From contig PRCZ01000001.1 of NCBI GenBank assembly GCA_009903405.1, positions 55,612-119,611 of the forward strand: a stretch of DNA of 64,000 bases, given 5' to 3'. Every line of letters begins with the position of its first letter. Positions within the stretch are counted from its first letter, which is position 1. Below are positions 27,947 through 36,317 of the stretch, piece by piece. The notes under the pieces were generated by a model. The model did no database searches. It was not told where the DNA came from and saw only the letters and a program-made list of their open reading frames with translations. The position numbers and the translations under genes are program-made. The stretch is from Candidatus Methanophaga sp. AG-394-G06 (GTDB taxonomy: Archaea; Halobacteriota; Syntropharchaeia; Alkanophagales; Methanospirareceae).

Positions 27947-28882
27947 ATGGCGACTATAACCGGAAAAGTGCTTCGAATACTAGCTTTTAGCTCTGCTGAT
28001 GAAACGAAAGAAGTCGTTGATCTCATAATAGCCGATGAATACGATTACACGCGGGTATCATTATGGGATGACAAAGCCGAACTTGTGCGCCGTGGCGAGC
28101 TAAAAGCAGGCAATGTGTTAAGAATAGAGAACGCTTCTGAAGCTAGGGACGAGAAGAGAGCAAATGCAGGTAAAAACGCGCGAATTGCTAAACTTGCTAC
28201 GGACATCCGTGCGTTAAGTCATGCGAAATCATCGAACCTTACCGTACTCGCAGTTGCGAGACCAGAGAAGGGACAAGTCTGCATCGCGGGCATAGACGAA
28301 AACGGAGAATGGATAAGACCACAAGGCGTTTATGAGTCTGACGTTTTCAGTTCGGGAAACGAAAAATTCAAAACACTCGGCATCTCGAAAGTATTTGTTG
28401 ATAGGTGGAGAGGTAGACATCCACGAAAAGAGGATCGTTTTTTTGTCTTTTGTGACGGTCCGGCACGTGAATTAAACGCAGAAAAGAGGCGTGAATTCTT
28501 GGTACGTAATGCTGACGAGTCCGTAGATGCAGTATTTAAAAGAGGCAGGAGTTTGGGATTGATAAAGCCACGCATATTGCAAGTTTATGAAGAGCGAAAG
28601 AAGAAGAAGGGCGGGAAGAGTCATGAGCTATACATCCGTTTCAACTTCAAAGACGCTTCCGGCAGAGTATACCGAAGATGGTCATGCAGATGCAGTGACT
28701 TTTACAATACCTGGAACGAACTAAAGAGGACGCATCGCTGGACTTATGGGTGGCGAATGCTCAGATATTTGAGGAAGAATGACACTTATCTTGCTATTGG
28801 GCTTACGTATACAGATTACGGCACTAACCGGCTGGAATATGGCGCGTATCCTATGATCGTTGGTGTGCATGTATTAGCGTAA
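27947..28882 (+). CDS. Orphan OB-fold protein: RPA-type OB + C-terminal dual-OB-like domain
   Basis: N-terminal ITGKVLRI...VDLIIADEYDYTRVSLWDDKAELV..GNVLRIENA (RPA-like OB). C-terminal part begins LTVLAVARPEKGQVCIAGIDENGEWIRP. AT-rich flanks. Confidence 0.6.
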   Translation: MATITGKVLRILAFSSADETKEVVDLIIADEYDYTRVSLWDDKAELVRRGELKAGNVLRIENASEARDEKRANAGKNARIAKLATDIRALSHAKSSNLTVLAVARPEKGQVCIAGIDENGEWIRPQGVYESDVFSSGNEKFKTLGISKVFVDRWRGRHPRKEDRFFVFCDGPARELNAEKRREFLVRNADESVDAVFKRGRSLGLIKPRILQVYEERKKKKGGKSHELYIRFNFKDASGRVYRRWSCRCSDFYNTWNELKRTHRWTYGWRMLRYLRKNDTYLAIGLTYTDYGTNRLEYGAYPMIVGVHVLA

Positions 28883-28913
28883 GGGAACGCGCAACTAATT
28901 TGACAATCTCAAA

Positions 28914-30005
28914 TTACTGTTTCAGCTTCAATACAGTATCACCGAATTCCGAAGGGATGATGCCTGTAGCACCCATCGTCTTAGGATGGAGGTCAATTTC
29001 AAGCACTGCATAGTCATGACCAAGCCATTTTAACGGCTCGATTGTCCTTGGACCGTTAGTAACCGAGAATATCTCCATTTTTATGTTATACTTCGCTAAT
29101 GGCACACCATGTGGAATGCCTAATAGAACTGCGAACTCATAATCTGAATAGAGCTCTTTGATAATAGCAGCTGCTTTATCGCCTGCAACCGCATATTCAT
29201 CCAACCCACCGATTATATGGTCTATCTTGATACCGTCCGCGGCTAACTCATCAAGAATTATCGCGGAATAGCCTCGGATCTTTCTCACGCCTACGTTTAT
29301 ATCAAGATTCGCGATATTAACGATTTGCGAAGCCGCAGTGACTTTATTAACAGCTCTTAAAATGTCCGCAAACATGAAAGCCGTCTCCTTCTTCGCATTT
29401 AAAACGCACACACCCCTTTTCCCCGCGTCTACAAGCTCAAGCAACCTACGAGCAACGTCTATTTTAGAATCGCCTTTGGATGGTGGGATAAAGCTTTTAC
29501 TTGCTGCTCCTACTTCCTTTTCTAATGTAGTTGCCGCTTCAAGCATTCTCTTCTGACGTTCAAACTCATTACTGCTGATTATACCTGCTTTATAAGCGGA
29601 CTCCAGAGTTAAGATAACGCCTACGGTGTTGTCACGGTAACCCGCATGCACGTCTACCGCAATCACCTTGCAGCCTACGCCGCTGTCCACTATAGTCTGA
29701 GACAGGTCTTCACCGATGATCATGCTCGCACAGGTACCCACTACGCCCATCAATTCCGGCTGGAACATCGCTTCTGCCTTTTTCAGTACTCTCACGAGCG
29801 CTTCCTGTCCCCCGAACACGAAATTACTCTCATTCATTGCAGAGGTTAAAACATGCATACCGTCTTCTTCAAGCAGTCGGCTGTGCTTGAAACTGCAGCC
29901 CGGTGGGCCATGCAGAATCGCAACGTCCACATCTAAATCACGGAGCGTATAAAGCGCAGCTACTATCGCGCTCGGTCTCGGATGCAGTATCATTTCTTCG
30001 CTCAT
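28914..30005 (-). CDS. cfbD: Ni-sirohydrochlorin a,c-diamide reductive cyclase subunit CfbD (NflD, F430 biosynthesis)
   Basis: Nitrogenase NifD/K-like fold: [46 protein letters not shown], 363 aa. Confidence 0.8.
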   Translation of the reverse strand: MSEEMILHPRPSAIVAALYTLRDLDVDVAILHGPPGCSFKHSRLLEEDGMHVLTSAMNESNFVFGGQEALVRVLKKAEAMFQPELMGVVGTCASMIIGEDLSQTIVDSGVGCKVIAVDVHAGYRDNTVGVILTLESAYKAGIISSNEFERQKRMLEAATTLEKEVGAASKSFIPPSKGDSKIDVARRLLELVDAGKRGVCVLNAKKETAFMFADILRAVNKVTAASQIVNIANLDINVGVRKIRGYSAIILDELAADGIKIDHIIGGLDEYAVAGDKAAAIIKELYSDYEFAVLLGIPHGVPLAKYNIKMEIFSVTNGPRTIEPLKWLGHDYAVLEIDLHPKTMGATGIIPSEFGDTVLKLKQ

Positions 30006-30259
30006 GTCTTTGGGTTCCTGCTTTTTTAGCCTTTACTGAAGAAGGATTAGGAAAAGAAAGTATTTATTATATAACTTGACTTTCGCCATTATATAAATTA
30101 AAGTATTATTTGACCGCACCATTTTTTCCCTCACCGTCTTTCAATTTCCCATAGGTGACATTTTAGGTATTCTATGGACTGTGGTATAAGATAGCTAACG
30201 TAACTTCATACTGTTGATTGGGCACTTTCGATTAGCTTTATCTCTTCTGCTATCTGATG

Positions 30260-30333
30260 TTTTTGATTTTGAATTGGAACGGTCTATGTTCCTTAAATGT
30301 GCATACAACTTCTGGACGATTTCATACGCAAAG
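30260..30333 (+). pseudogene. 74-bp relic copy of an internal segment of the downstream Type IIG gene
   Basis: tttttgattttgaattggaacggtctatgttccttaaaTgtgcatacaacttctggaCGatttcAtacgcaaag compared with 31669-31742: 70/74 identical and same reading frame (FDFELERSMFLK...). Confidence 0.8.
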
Positions 30334-30460
30334 CTTTGATATTATCTTTATGAAAATGCATGTTCAATCCTGCAGGCATTTCCTTTTACTGTTATTCGAC
30401 TCTACTTGCATCACTACGAACGCTTAAAATATTTATGGGTGAAGAAACAAGATAGATTAG

Positions 30461-31051
30461 ATGAAAATGGATTATTCATTCTCTTCAGAAGGCGTATTGA
30501 AGAAGGTTCTTGGATATGGGTACCAAATAGAGCCCGCAGCTTTAAACATGCTCGAAGCTCTGGGCGATGAAAAAGTCATTGATGTCTTAGACTCATTCAC
30601 CGATAAGTTCCCGGACACGATTGTCATTGAGGGCAAACAAATAGAAGCGATTCTTGAAAAGACACCATCCAAAGAAGCTGCGGAAACGAATAAATTCGCG
30701 CTACGCGGTAAAATAACGCAGATTTACGATGGTAGTGGGCTTATTCAGCGTTGTCCTAAGTGCAACAGATGGATAATCGATGACTTTTGCATGGTTCACA
30801 GCGATGTAGAAGGAATCTGGGATTTGAGAATCAAAGCTCGATTTGATACTGGAACTGGGAGACGCACCCTGATATTCAAGAAGGACATAACAGAGAAAAG
30901 TGGGGGTATCACACTGGAAGAGGCGAAGAAGCTGGGCGAAGCGGCAACGCTGGCAAGAATAAAAGAAGCTATGGTCAATAGGAATTTTAAAGTCGCAGGC
31001 ATAGAACTAAGTGGTGGAAATTTTCTTGTAAAGGATATTAGCGAAGTATAA
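30461..31051 (+). CDS. RPA-like single OB-fold protein with embedded zinc knuckle
   Basis: FALRGKITQIYDGSGLIQRCPKCNRWIIDDFCMVHSDVEGIWDLRIKARFDTGTG, the archaeal RPA OB/Zn signature (C-x2-C-x8-C-x2-H, nt 30752-30799). Its stop is 1 nt before the next ATG. Confidence 0.7.
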   Translation: MKMDYSFSSEGVLKKVLGYGYQIEPAALNMLEALGDEKVIDVLDSFTDKFPDTIVIEGKQIEAILEKTPSKEAAETNKFALRGKITQIYDGSGLIQRCPKCNRWIIDDFCMVHSDVEGIWDLRIKARFDTGTGRRTLIFKKDITEKSGGITLEEAKKLGEAATLARIKEAMVNRNFKVAGIELSGGNFLVKDISEV

Positions 31052-31052
31052 A

Positions 31053-34000
31053 ATGGCGGACATCAAAAAAATTCAAACAATCTTTAAAAAGCTTTACGGG
31101 ATAATAGAAAGCGCTAAGGATATTTCAGAAGAGGATTTACGAGTCGAATTTGTTAATAGCGGTATTCTCAAAGAGCTCGGTTACAAGGGAGAGTTAGAAG
31201 ACATAAGATTTGAAAAAGGTATAAAAGGTAAAAGAAGCGACCTACTTGCATTTGACGACTACAAAAACGTTAATTTCGTGGTGGAATTCAAGAAGGCGTT
31301 AGATTTAGAACAAGATTTTGTGCAACTCTGGGAACGATACGTAAAACCGTTAAAAGCGAGATATGGGGTGCTTACTGATGGCCAGGAACTTGTGATATAT
31401 GAACGGGTGAACACTAACAGTGAGCTAAAGATAAGATTAGACCTTAGCGAGGTTACCTTATCCCAGTGCGAAGAGATTTCTGCCTGGCTAAAAAAGCCTA
31501 AAATAGAACGAACGAAGATTAACGAAGTGCTCAGCTATTTCAAGCGGTTTGATGACCCAAAGGAAAGGGTAAATTTATCCACGGATATTTCACAGCAGTA
31601 TTTCTTTGACAGTTTCGAATTAAAAGGGGATTCCATCTTTGTGAACTTGGTTCAAAAGACGATTGGTCTTTTTGATTTTGAATTGGAACGGTCTATGTTC
31701 CTTAAAAGTGCATACAACTTCTGGAAAATTTCGTACGCAAAGAAGCCAGATAAAGTGCCTGAAAACTGGCGGAGGATAATGGATCATATCGGGCTTGAAA
31801 CGACCGAAGAGAATCTGTTAAAATTTATGTTCTGTTTGGAAAGTGCCTATTCTTTGTTCACACGGTTGATTCTGGCGAAAGCATGTGAGGATTACAAATT
31901 GCCATACGTTGAGTTTTCAAAATTCATTAAGACTGAAATTGAGAGGACATCTTACAGGGGCGACATTACGCTCTTAGCATGGGCAATAACCACGAAGAAT
32001 CTAATCGAGAGCATGAAGCAGAAACTTGTGAAATCCGTTTTCGAGGGCGATATATTCTACTGGTGGGAAGACAGTTATAGTGAATTGAAACCCGGTGCTG
32101 CTCTTTACAGTCCACAGTATGAGAAGCAAAAAGCTCGCTTTGGCGAAGCCCTTGCTGAGATCATATTAACGCTATACAAATTCGATTTTTCTGAGATTGT
32201 TGGTGACCCGCTCGGAACACTCTACCAGCACTATTTCGATAAGGAGACCAGAAAGGCACTTGGAGAATTTTATACGCCAAAAGAGGTGGTTGAGTACATA
32301 CTCGATGCTGTTGGCTATGAAGGGCGAGGTGTTATTGGCAAACGTTTATTAGACCCTGCATGTGGCTCAGGTACGTTTTTGGTAGAAGCGTTAAGGAGAT
32401 ACCTGAAAGCTTCAGAAGAAATAGCAGAGGAAAAAGGCTGGCCGGCGATTTTAAAAGAGCTCTGTGACGAATTCTGCATCGCGGGTTTCGACATTCATCC
32501 ATTTGCTACTTTCATGGCACAGATGCAGTTCATGCTCGTCTTGATTCCCGCATACAAGAAAGCGATGGATGAAGACCCACATTTTGTCTTGAACCGTCTG
32601 CCGATTTTCAGAACGGATTCTCTGGTTGACGAAACGAAAGGAGAAGCGATGAAAGTAACTATCGCGACTTTCGAGGATGGTATTCGATATATCGTAATTG
32701 ATACGAGCTTACCTGTTGAAGGCGGGAACCTGAAGATAAAGATGCCGTATTATAAAGACGTATTCGCAAAAACAGATTTGTTAAACGTTCAGGAATATTT
32801 TGCAGCACTTCAAGCGGTTTTTGACACTGTAAAAGAGTCGGCATGGCAGGAGAAATATGTAGTTGATAAAGAGAAGCTGGAACGGAATTTCAAGCTGTAT
32901 CTTGAAGATAAGGATTGGAATGGATTGGTATCTTTCTTTATGTCTTATGCGGAGCACTTCTTGCTGAAGTTCGAGGAACTCAAAGAGACTTTCGGTGACG
33001 GTAAGCTGATAAAGTCTGTCGAGGACTTGATGCTTGCTGCGATTCTGAAGAATTATGTGAAGTATGATTTTGTGGTTGGGAATCCGCCGTATGTGAGGGT
33101 GCAAATGCTAGATAAAAAGCAAAAAGAAGGGTATAAAAAGCTTTATGAAAGTGCTTTGGGCAAATTTGATATTTACACGCTATTTATTGAAAGAGGTATT
33201 AGTTGGCTGACAGATGGCGGAAAAATCGGATATATTGTATCAAATCAATTTATGGTTACGAATTATGGCGAAAAAATACGAAGAATAATTGTGGACAAAA
33301 CAAAAATAAATCAATTAGTAGATTTTGGTGATTCTGGAGTATTTGCAGACGTAACAAATTATCCCGCGATATTAGTTTCAGAAGCAATTAGTGACAGTAA
33401 AAACATAAAAAACCATAACATCAAGGTTGCCAAAGCATACTGGCCTAAAGAAAACTTACTCCGTGAAATAGAATCTAGACTTACTGAGCACTTGTTTTAC
33501 ACAAAACAATTTGAGATTTTTGAGTATCCTCAGTTAGAACTGAAGGATAAAACTTGGGACCTACTGGCACCTCAGGAAAAAAGTGTTTTTGATAAAATAG
33601 AAAGAAGTGGAGTGAAACTAAAAGAAATTACAGAGAGAATATTCCAAGGAATAAATACCGGGCATGATGAAGTATTTTTTGTTTTGACTTTAGGAACTGA
33701 TAGCGAAAAACAAATTAAAATTCGGCATATTAAGAAGGAAGAAGCGTATAACCTTGAAAAAAGTTTGTTGAAACCACTTCTTAAAGGTAAAGAAGTTCGA
33801 AGATATAGAATTGACTGGAGCGGACTATACGTCGTTTATCCACACAAAAAAGATAAAATAGGGGATAGAAGCGAAGCAATAGCAATACCAGAGGAAGAAA
33901 TGAAAAGAGAATATCCCATTGCGTACAATTATTTTAAACTTTTTGAATACGAACTAATGCAAAGAAAATATTTGATGGACAGTATTGAAAAAGGAAAAAG

Positions 34001-34829
34001 AGATGCATGGTACGAGATTTGGAATCCAAGGCTGCCTGAGCGTTTCGAAAAACTAAAGATTTTAACTCCGAACATGTCGAATAGGAATAATTTCACATTG
34101 GATGAGTTCGGTTATTATTTTACACGACCCGTTTATGGAATACTCCTCAGAGATCAATATGATAATAAGAAGACGTATCTTTATGTTTTAGGGATTTTAA
34201 ATTCAAACGTTTTGGGATTCTATTTCATGCATATTGCTACAATTAAAGCGGGTAAATATTTCGAGTATCGTGCTCAGTACCTCGAACGCCTCCCTATCTG
34301 CCTTCCCAAAACCAAATCCGAGCAAGACCTCGCAGACAAAATAACGAAGAAAGTGGAGCAAATCTTAGAAAAAGTAAAGCTTGAGCAGCAAATCGAGAAC
34401 TTCCCGGACGAATACCTTCAAGAATACCGTAGTAGTGGCGAGGAGTTTGAGTCCACAAACATCATTTTCAAATCAAACCACAAGGCGATTGAGCCCGTAA
34501 TAGAAGAAGACACCACCGGTAGAGGCTACAACATCGTTTTTGGCAAAAAAGAAAAGCCCGTTTTTGTTGATTCCGCTGCAAAAGCGGATTACGTTGTTAC
34601 TGCGCTAAAAGGAACGAGAGCAAAGAAAGACGAGAAGAAGCAGATTCTCATTCCAAAGAGCGATGCAATTGTAGAAGAGATTCTGAATAACTTGGAGAGC
34701 GATAAAGCACAGATAAAATCGCCTTCTGTTGCAGAACTCGAAGACGCAATAAACAAGCTTGTTTACACGTTGTACGGGTTAAACGAAAAGGATGTAGAGG
34801 TTATAGATGATTTTTTGAGGCGGTTTTAG
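31053..34829 (+). CDS. Type IIG-like restriction-modification fusion: N-terminal PD-(D/E)xK domain + gamma-class N6-adenine MTase + TaqI_C-like specificity region
   Basis: D63...E78-F-K80 (RSDLLAF...NFVVEFKK), GEFYTPKEVVEYILD, motif I LLDPACGSGTFLVEA (about nt 32351), motif IV VVGNPPYV (NPPY at nt 33081-33092), 1258 aa. Confidence 0.85.
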   Translation: MADIKKIQTIFKKLYGIIESAKDISEEDLRVEFVNSGILKELGYKGELEDIRFEKGIKGKRSDLLAFDDYKNVNFVVEFKKALDLEQDFVQLWERYVKPLKARYGVLTDGQELVIYERVNTNSELKIRLDLSEVTLSQCEEISAWLKKPKIERTKINEVLSYFKRFDDPKERVNLSTDISQQYFFDSFELKGDSIFVNLVQKTIGLFDFELERSMFLKSAYNFWKISYAKKPDKVPENWRRIMDHIGLETTEENLLKFMFCLESAYSLFTRLILAKACEDYKLPYVEFSKFIKTEIERTSYRGDITLLAWAITTKNLIESMKQKLVKSVFEGDIFYWWEDSYSELKPGAALYSPQYEKQKARFGEALAEIILTLYKFDFSEIVGDPLGTLYQHYFDKETRKALGEFYTPKEVVEYILDAVGYEGRGVIGKRLLDPACGSGTFLVEALRRYLKASEEIAEEKGWPAILKELCDEFCIAGFDIHPFATFMAQMQFMLVLIPAYKKAMDEDPHFVLNRLPIFRTDSLVDETKGEAMKVTIATFEDGIRYIVIDTSLPVEGGNLKIKMPYYKDVFAKTDLLNVQEYFAALQAVFDTVKESAWQEKYVVDKEKLERNFKLYLEDKDWNGLVSFFMSYAEHFLLKFEELKETFGDGKLIKSVEDLMLAAILKNYVKYDFVVGNPPYVRVQMLDKKQKEGYKKLYESALGKFDIYTLFIERGISWLTDGGKIGYIVSNQFMVTNYGEKIRRIIVDKTKINQLVDFGDSGVFADVTNYPAILVSEAISDSKNIKNHNIKVAKAYWPKENLLREIESRLTEHLFYTKQFEIFEYPQLELKDKTWDLLAPQEKSVFDKIERSGVKLKEITERIFQGINTGHDEVFFVLTLGTDSEKQIKIRHIKKEEAYNLEKSLLKPLLKGKEVRRYRIDWSGLYVVYPHKKDKIGDRSEAIAIPEEEMKREYPIAYNYFKLFEYELMQRKYLMDSIEKGKRDAWYEIWNPRLPERFEKLKILTPNMSNRNNFTLDEFGYYFTRPVYGILLRDQYDNKKTYLYVLGILNSNVLGFYFMHIATIKAGKYFEYRAQYLERLPICLPKTKSEQDLADKITKKVEQILEKVKLEQQIENFPDEYLQEYRSSGEEFESTNIIFKSNHKAIEPVIEEDTTGRGYNIVFGKKEKPVFVDSAAKADYVVTALKGTRAKKDEKKQILIPKSDAIVEEILNNLESDKAQIKSPSVAELEDAINKLVYTLYGLNEKDVEVIDDFLRRF

Positions 34830-34929
34830 CATTTGGTATCTGCTCGGTCAAGCCATAAAAATTGAGGGCACTCCAGTAAGCAACAGAATAAGGATTTAGC
34901 AGCAAAGAACCAATAAATAATGAATTCAT

Positions 34930-35145
34930 TTAACGTATACTTTCCCTTTCTGCACCCAGCGGGATGATCATATATTTCCCTTTTTCTATGCGTTCAATCC
35001 ATCCCTTCTTCTCCAGTCGTGAAAGAATTACCCATAACTCCTCTTTTTGGATATTTGTCGTACTTAAGACAGCCTCAATAGTGAAAACCCTTTTTTGCCA
35101 GTTCTTCAAGTATGCTGATTCTCAGTCTTATGCACGATCCTTAAC
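34930..35145 (-). pseudogene. Decayed AbiEi-like winged-helix gene (no start, frameshift)
   Basis: Minus strand reads ...RLRISILEELAKKGF / frameshift in an A/T run / TIEAVLSTTNIQKEELWVILSRLEKKGWIERIEKGKYMIIPLGAERESIR-stop. The L..L.KKG.I.R..KG.Y motif is typical of the AbiEi N-terminal domain. Confidence 0.45.
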
Positions 35146-35437
35146 AGCTAATTTTGTTATTGTTGGTGTATGTGAGTGAGAGAAACTTCTCACTTCTTTT
35201 TGTTATTTTTCATTGTATATCAATAATTGATTTTAGTTTGTTCTTCCTTCTAAATCATTCTCCTCATTCATACCACCCTCACCACCTTATTCGTATCAGT
35301 CCCAAACACGCCCACCACCTTAACCATTATTTGATATTCTCGGGTTTCTTCATATTTATGCGTTCCTTCGTAATTCACCGTTAGATTCTTCTTCACCCTG
35401 AAATAACCCAATTAATAATAGCCCCACAATATTATCA

Positions 35438-35472
35438 TAAAATCTCGTGAAAATCAGTGTAATCTTGTGGTT
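35438..35472. repeat. 10-bp-periodic CAC(G/A)AGATT element downstream of fwdC
   Basis: aaaatctcgtgaaaatcagtgtaatcttgtggtt. In gene sense this reads AACCACAAGATTACACTGATTTTCACGAGATTTT. Confidence 0.6.
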
Positions 35473-35508
35473 AAAAATAAAAAGAGGGTTTACACCCCCT
35501 TCACCCAC

Positions 35509-36294
35509 TCACTTAACGTACAGTGTTCCTTTAGCCTTCTTCGCAGTCATTGCGAGATCGCCGCTGTATTTCTTGTATTCCGCACCGTCTATTGATTCCG
35601 TACCCTCCAACTTAAAAGAAGGCATCATATCCTGCACCGTACCCTTCACCGTTATCTCACCACTCGTCATATCCGCACCGGGCATAACCGCATCGCCCTC
35701 TATAACTATTTTACCGCCGTGCATGTTCAATCCGGCAAGCATTCTCGCATTTCCTTTTATCACTATCTCGCCACCACCCATGTACTGCCCGACACACTCA
35801 TCGGCATTGCCGCCAACCGTCACTTTTCCACCGGTCATACCAGTCATCTCGCCCCGATACATCGCGCAGAGGTTAGCAGCAGCATCTCCATCTATAATCA
35901 GTTCTCCACCGTGCATTTCACGACCAGCCCAGCAATCGGCATTACCCGTTACCGTTATTTTACCGCCGTTCATCATCGCACCGCAGTGCATATCCACATC
36001 ACCGTTAGCCTCTATCTCGCCTGCCTTCATACCATCGCCTATCCGCTTCACACGAGACAGATCGCCGTCCAGCACGAGCTTCACATCGTCCGCACTGCTA
36101 GCCGTCCCATCTACGCTCACATCGAACAGATCGCCCGTATTCTCTTCACGGTTGCCCCACCAGACCCGAACCGCCTTTATCTCCGCTTCCGTCTTGCCAA
36201 ACAATTTATCTGGAGTCAAGGAATCCACCTCTACCGGTATCTTCGCCACTCCGCTCGTAACTTCACTCTTTAACTTCAATTTTATCGTCTGCAT
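35509..36294 (-). CDS. fwdC: Formylmethanofuran dehydrogenase subunit C
   Basis: GXGXG beta-helix repeats (GGKITVTGNA, GGELIIDGDA, GGKVTVGGNA, GGEIVIKGNA, GGKIVIEGDA), 261 aa. Confidence 0.9.
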   Translation of the reverse strand: MQTIKLKLKSEVTSGVAKIPVEVDSLTPDKLFGKTEAEIKAVRVWWGNREENTGDLFDVSVDGTASSADDVKLVLDGDLSRVKRIGDGMKAGEIEANGDVDMHCGAMMNGGKITVTGNADCWAGREMHGGELIIDGDAAANLCAMYRGEMTGMTGGKVTVGGNADECVGQYMGGGEIVIKGNARMLAGLNMHGGKIVIEGDAVMPGADMTSGEITVKGTVQDMMPSFKLEGTESIDGAEYKKYSGDLAMTAKKAKGTLYVK

Positions 36295-36317
36295 TTTTTT
36301 CTTTCCTCCTTCCTATA

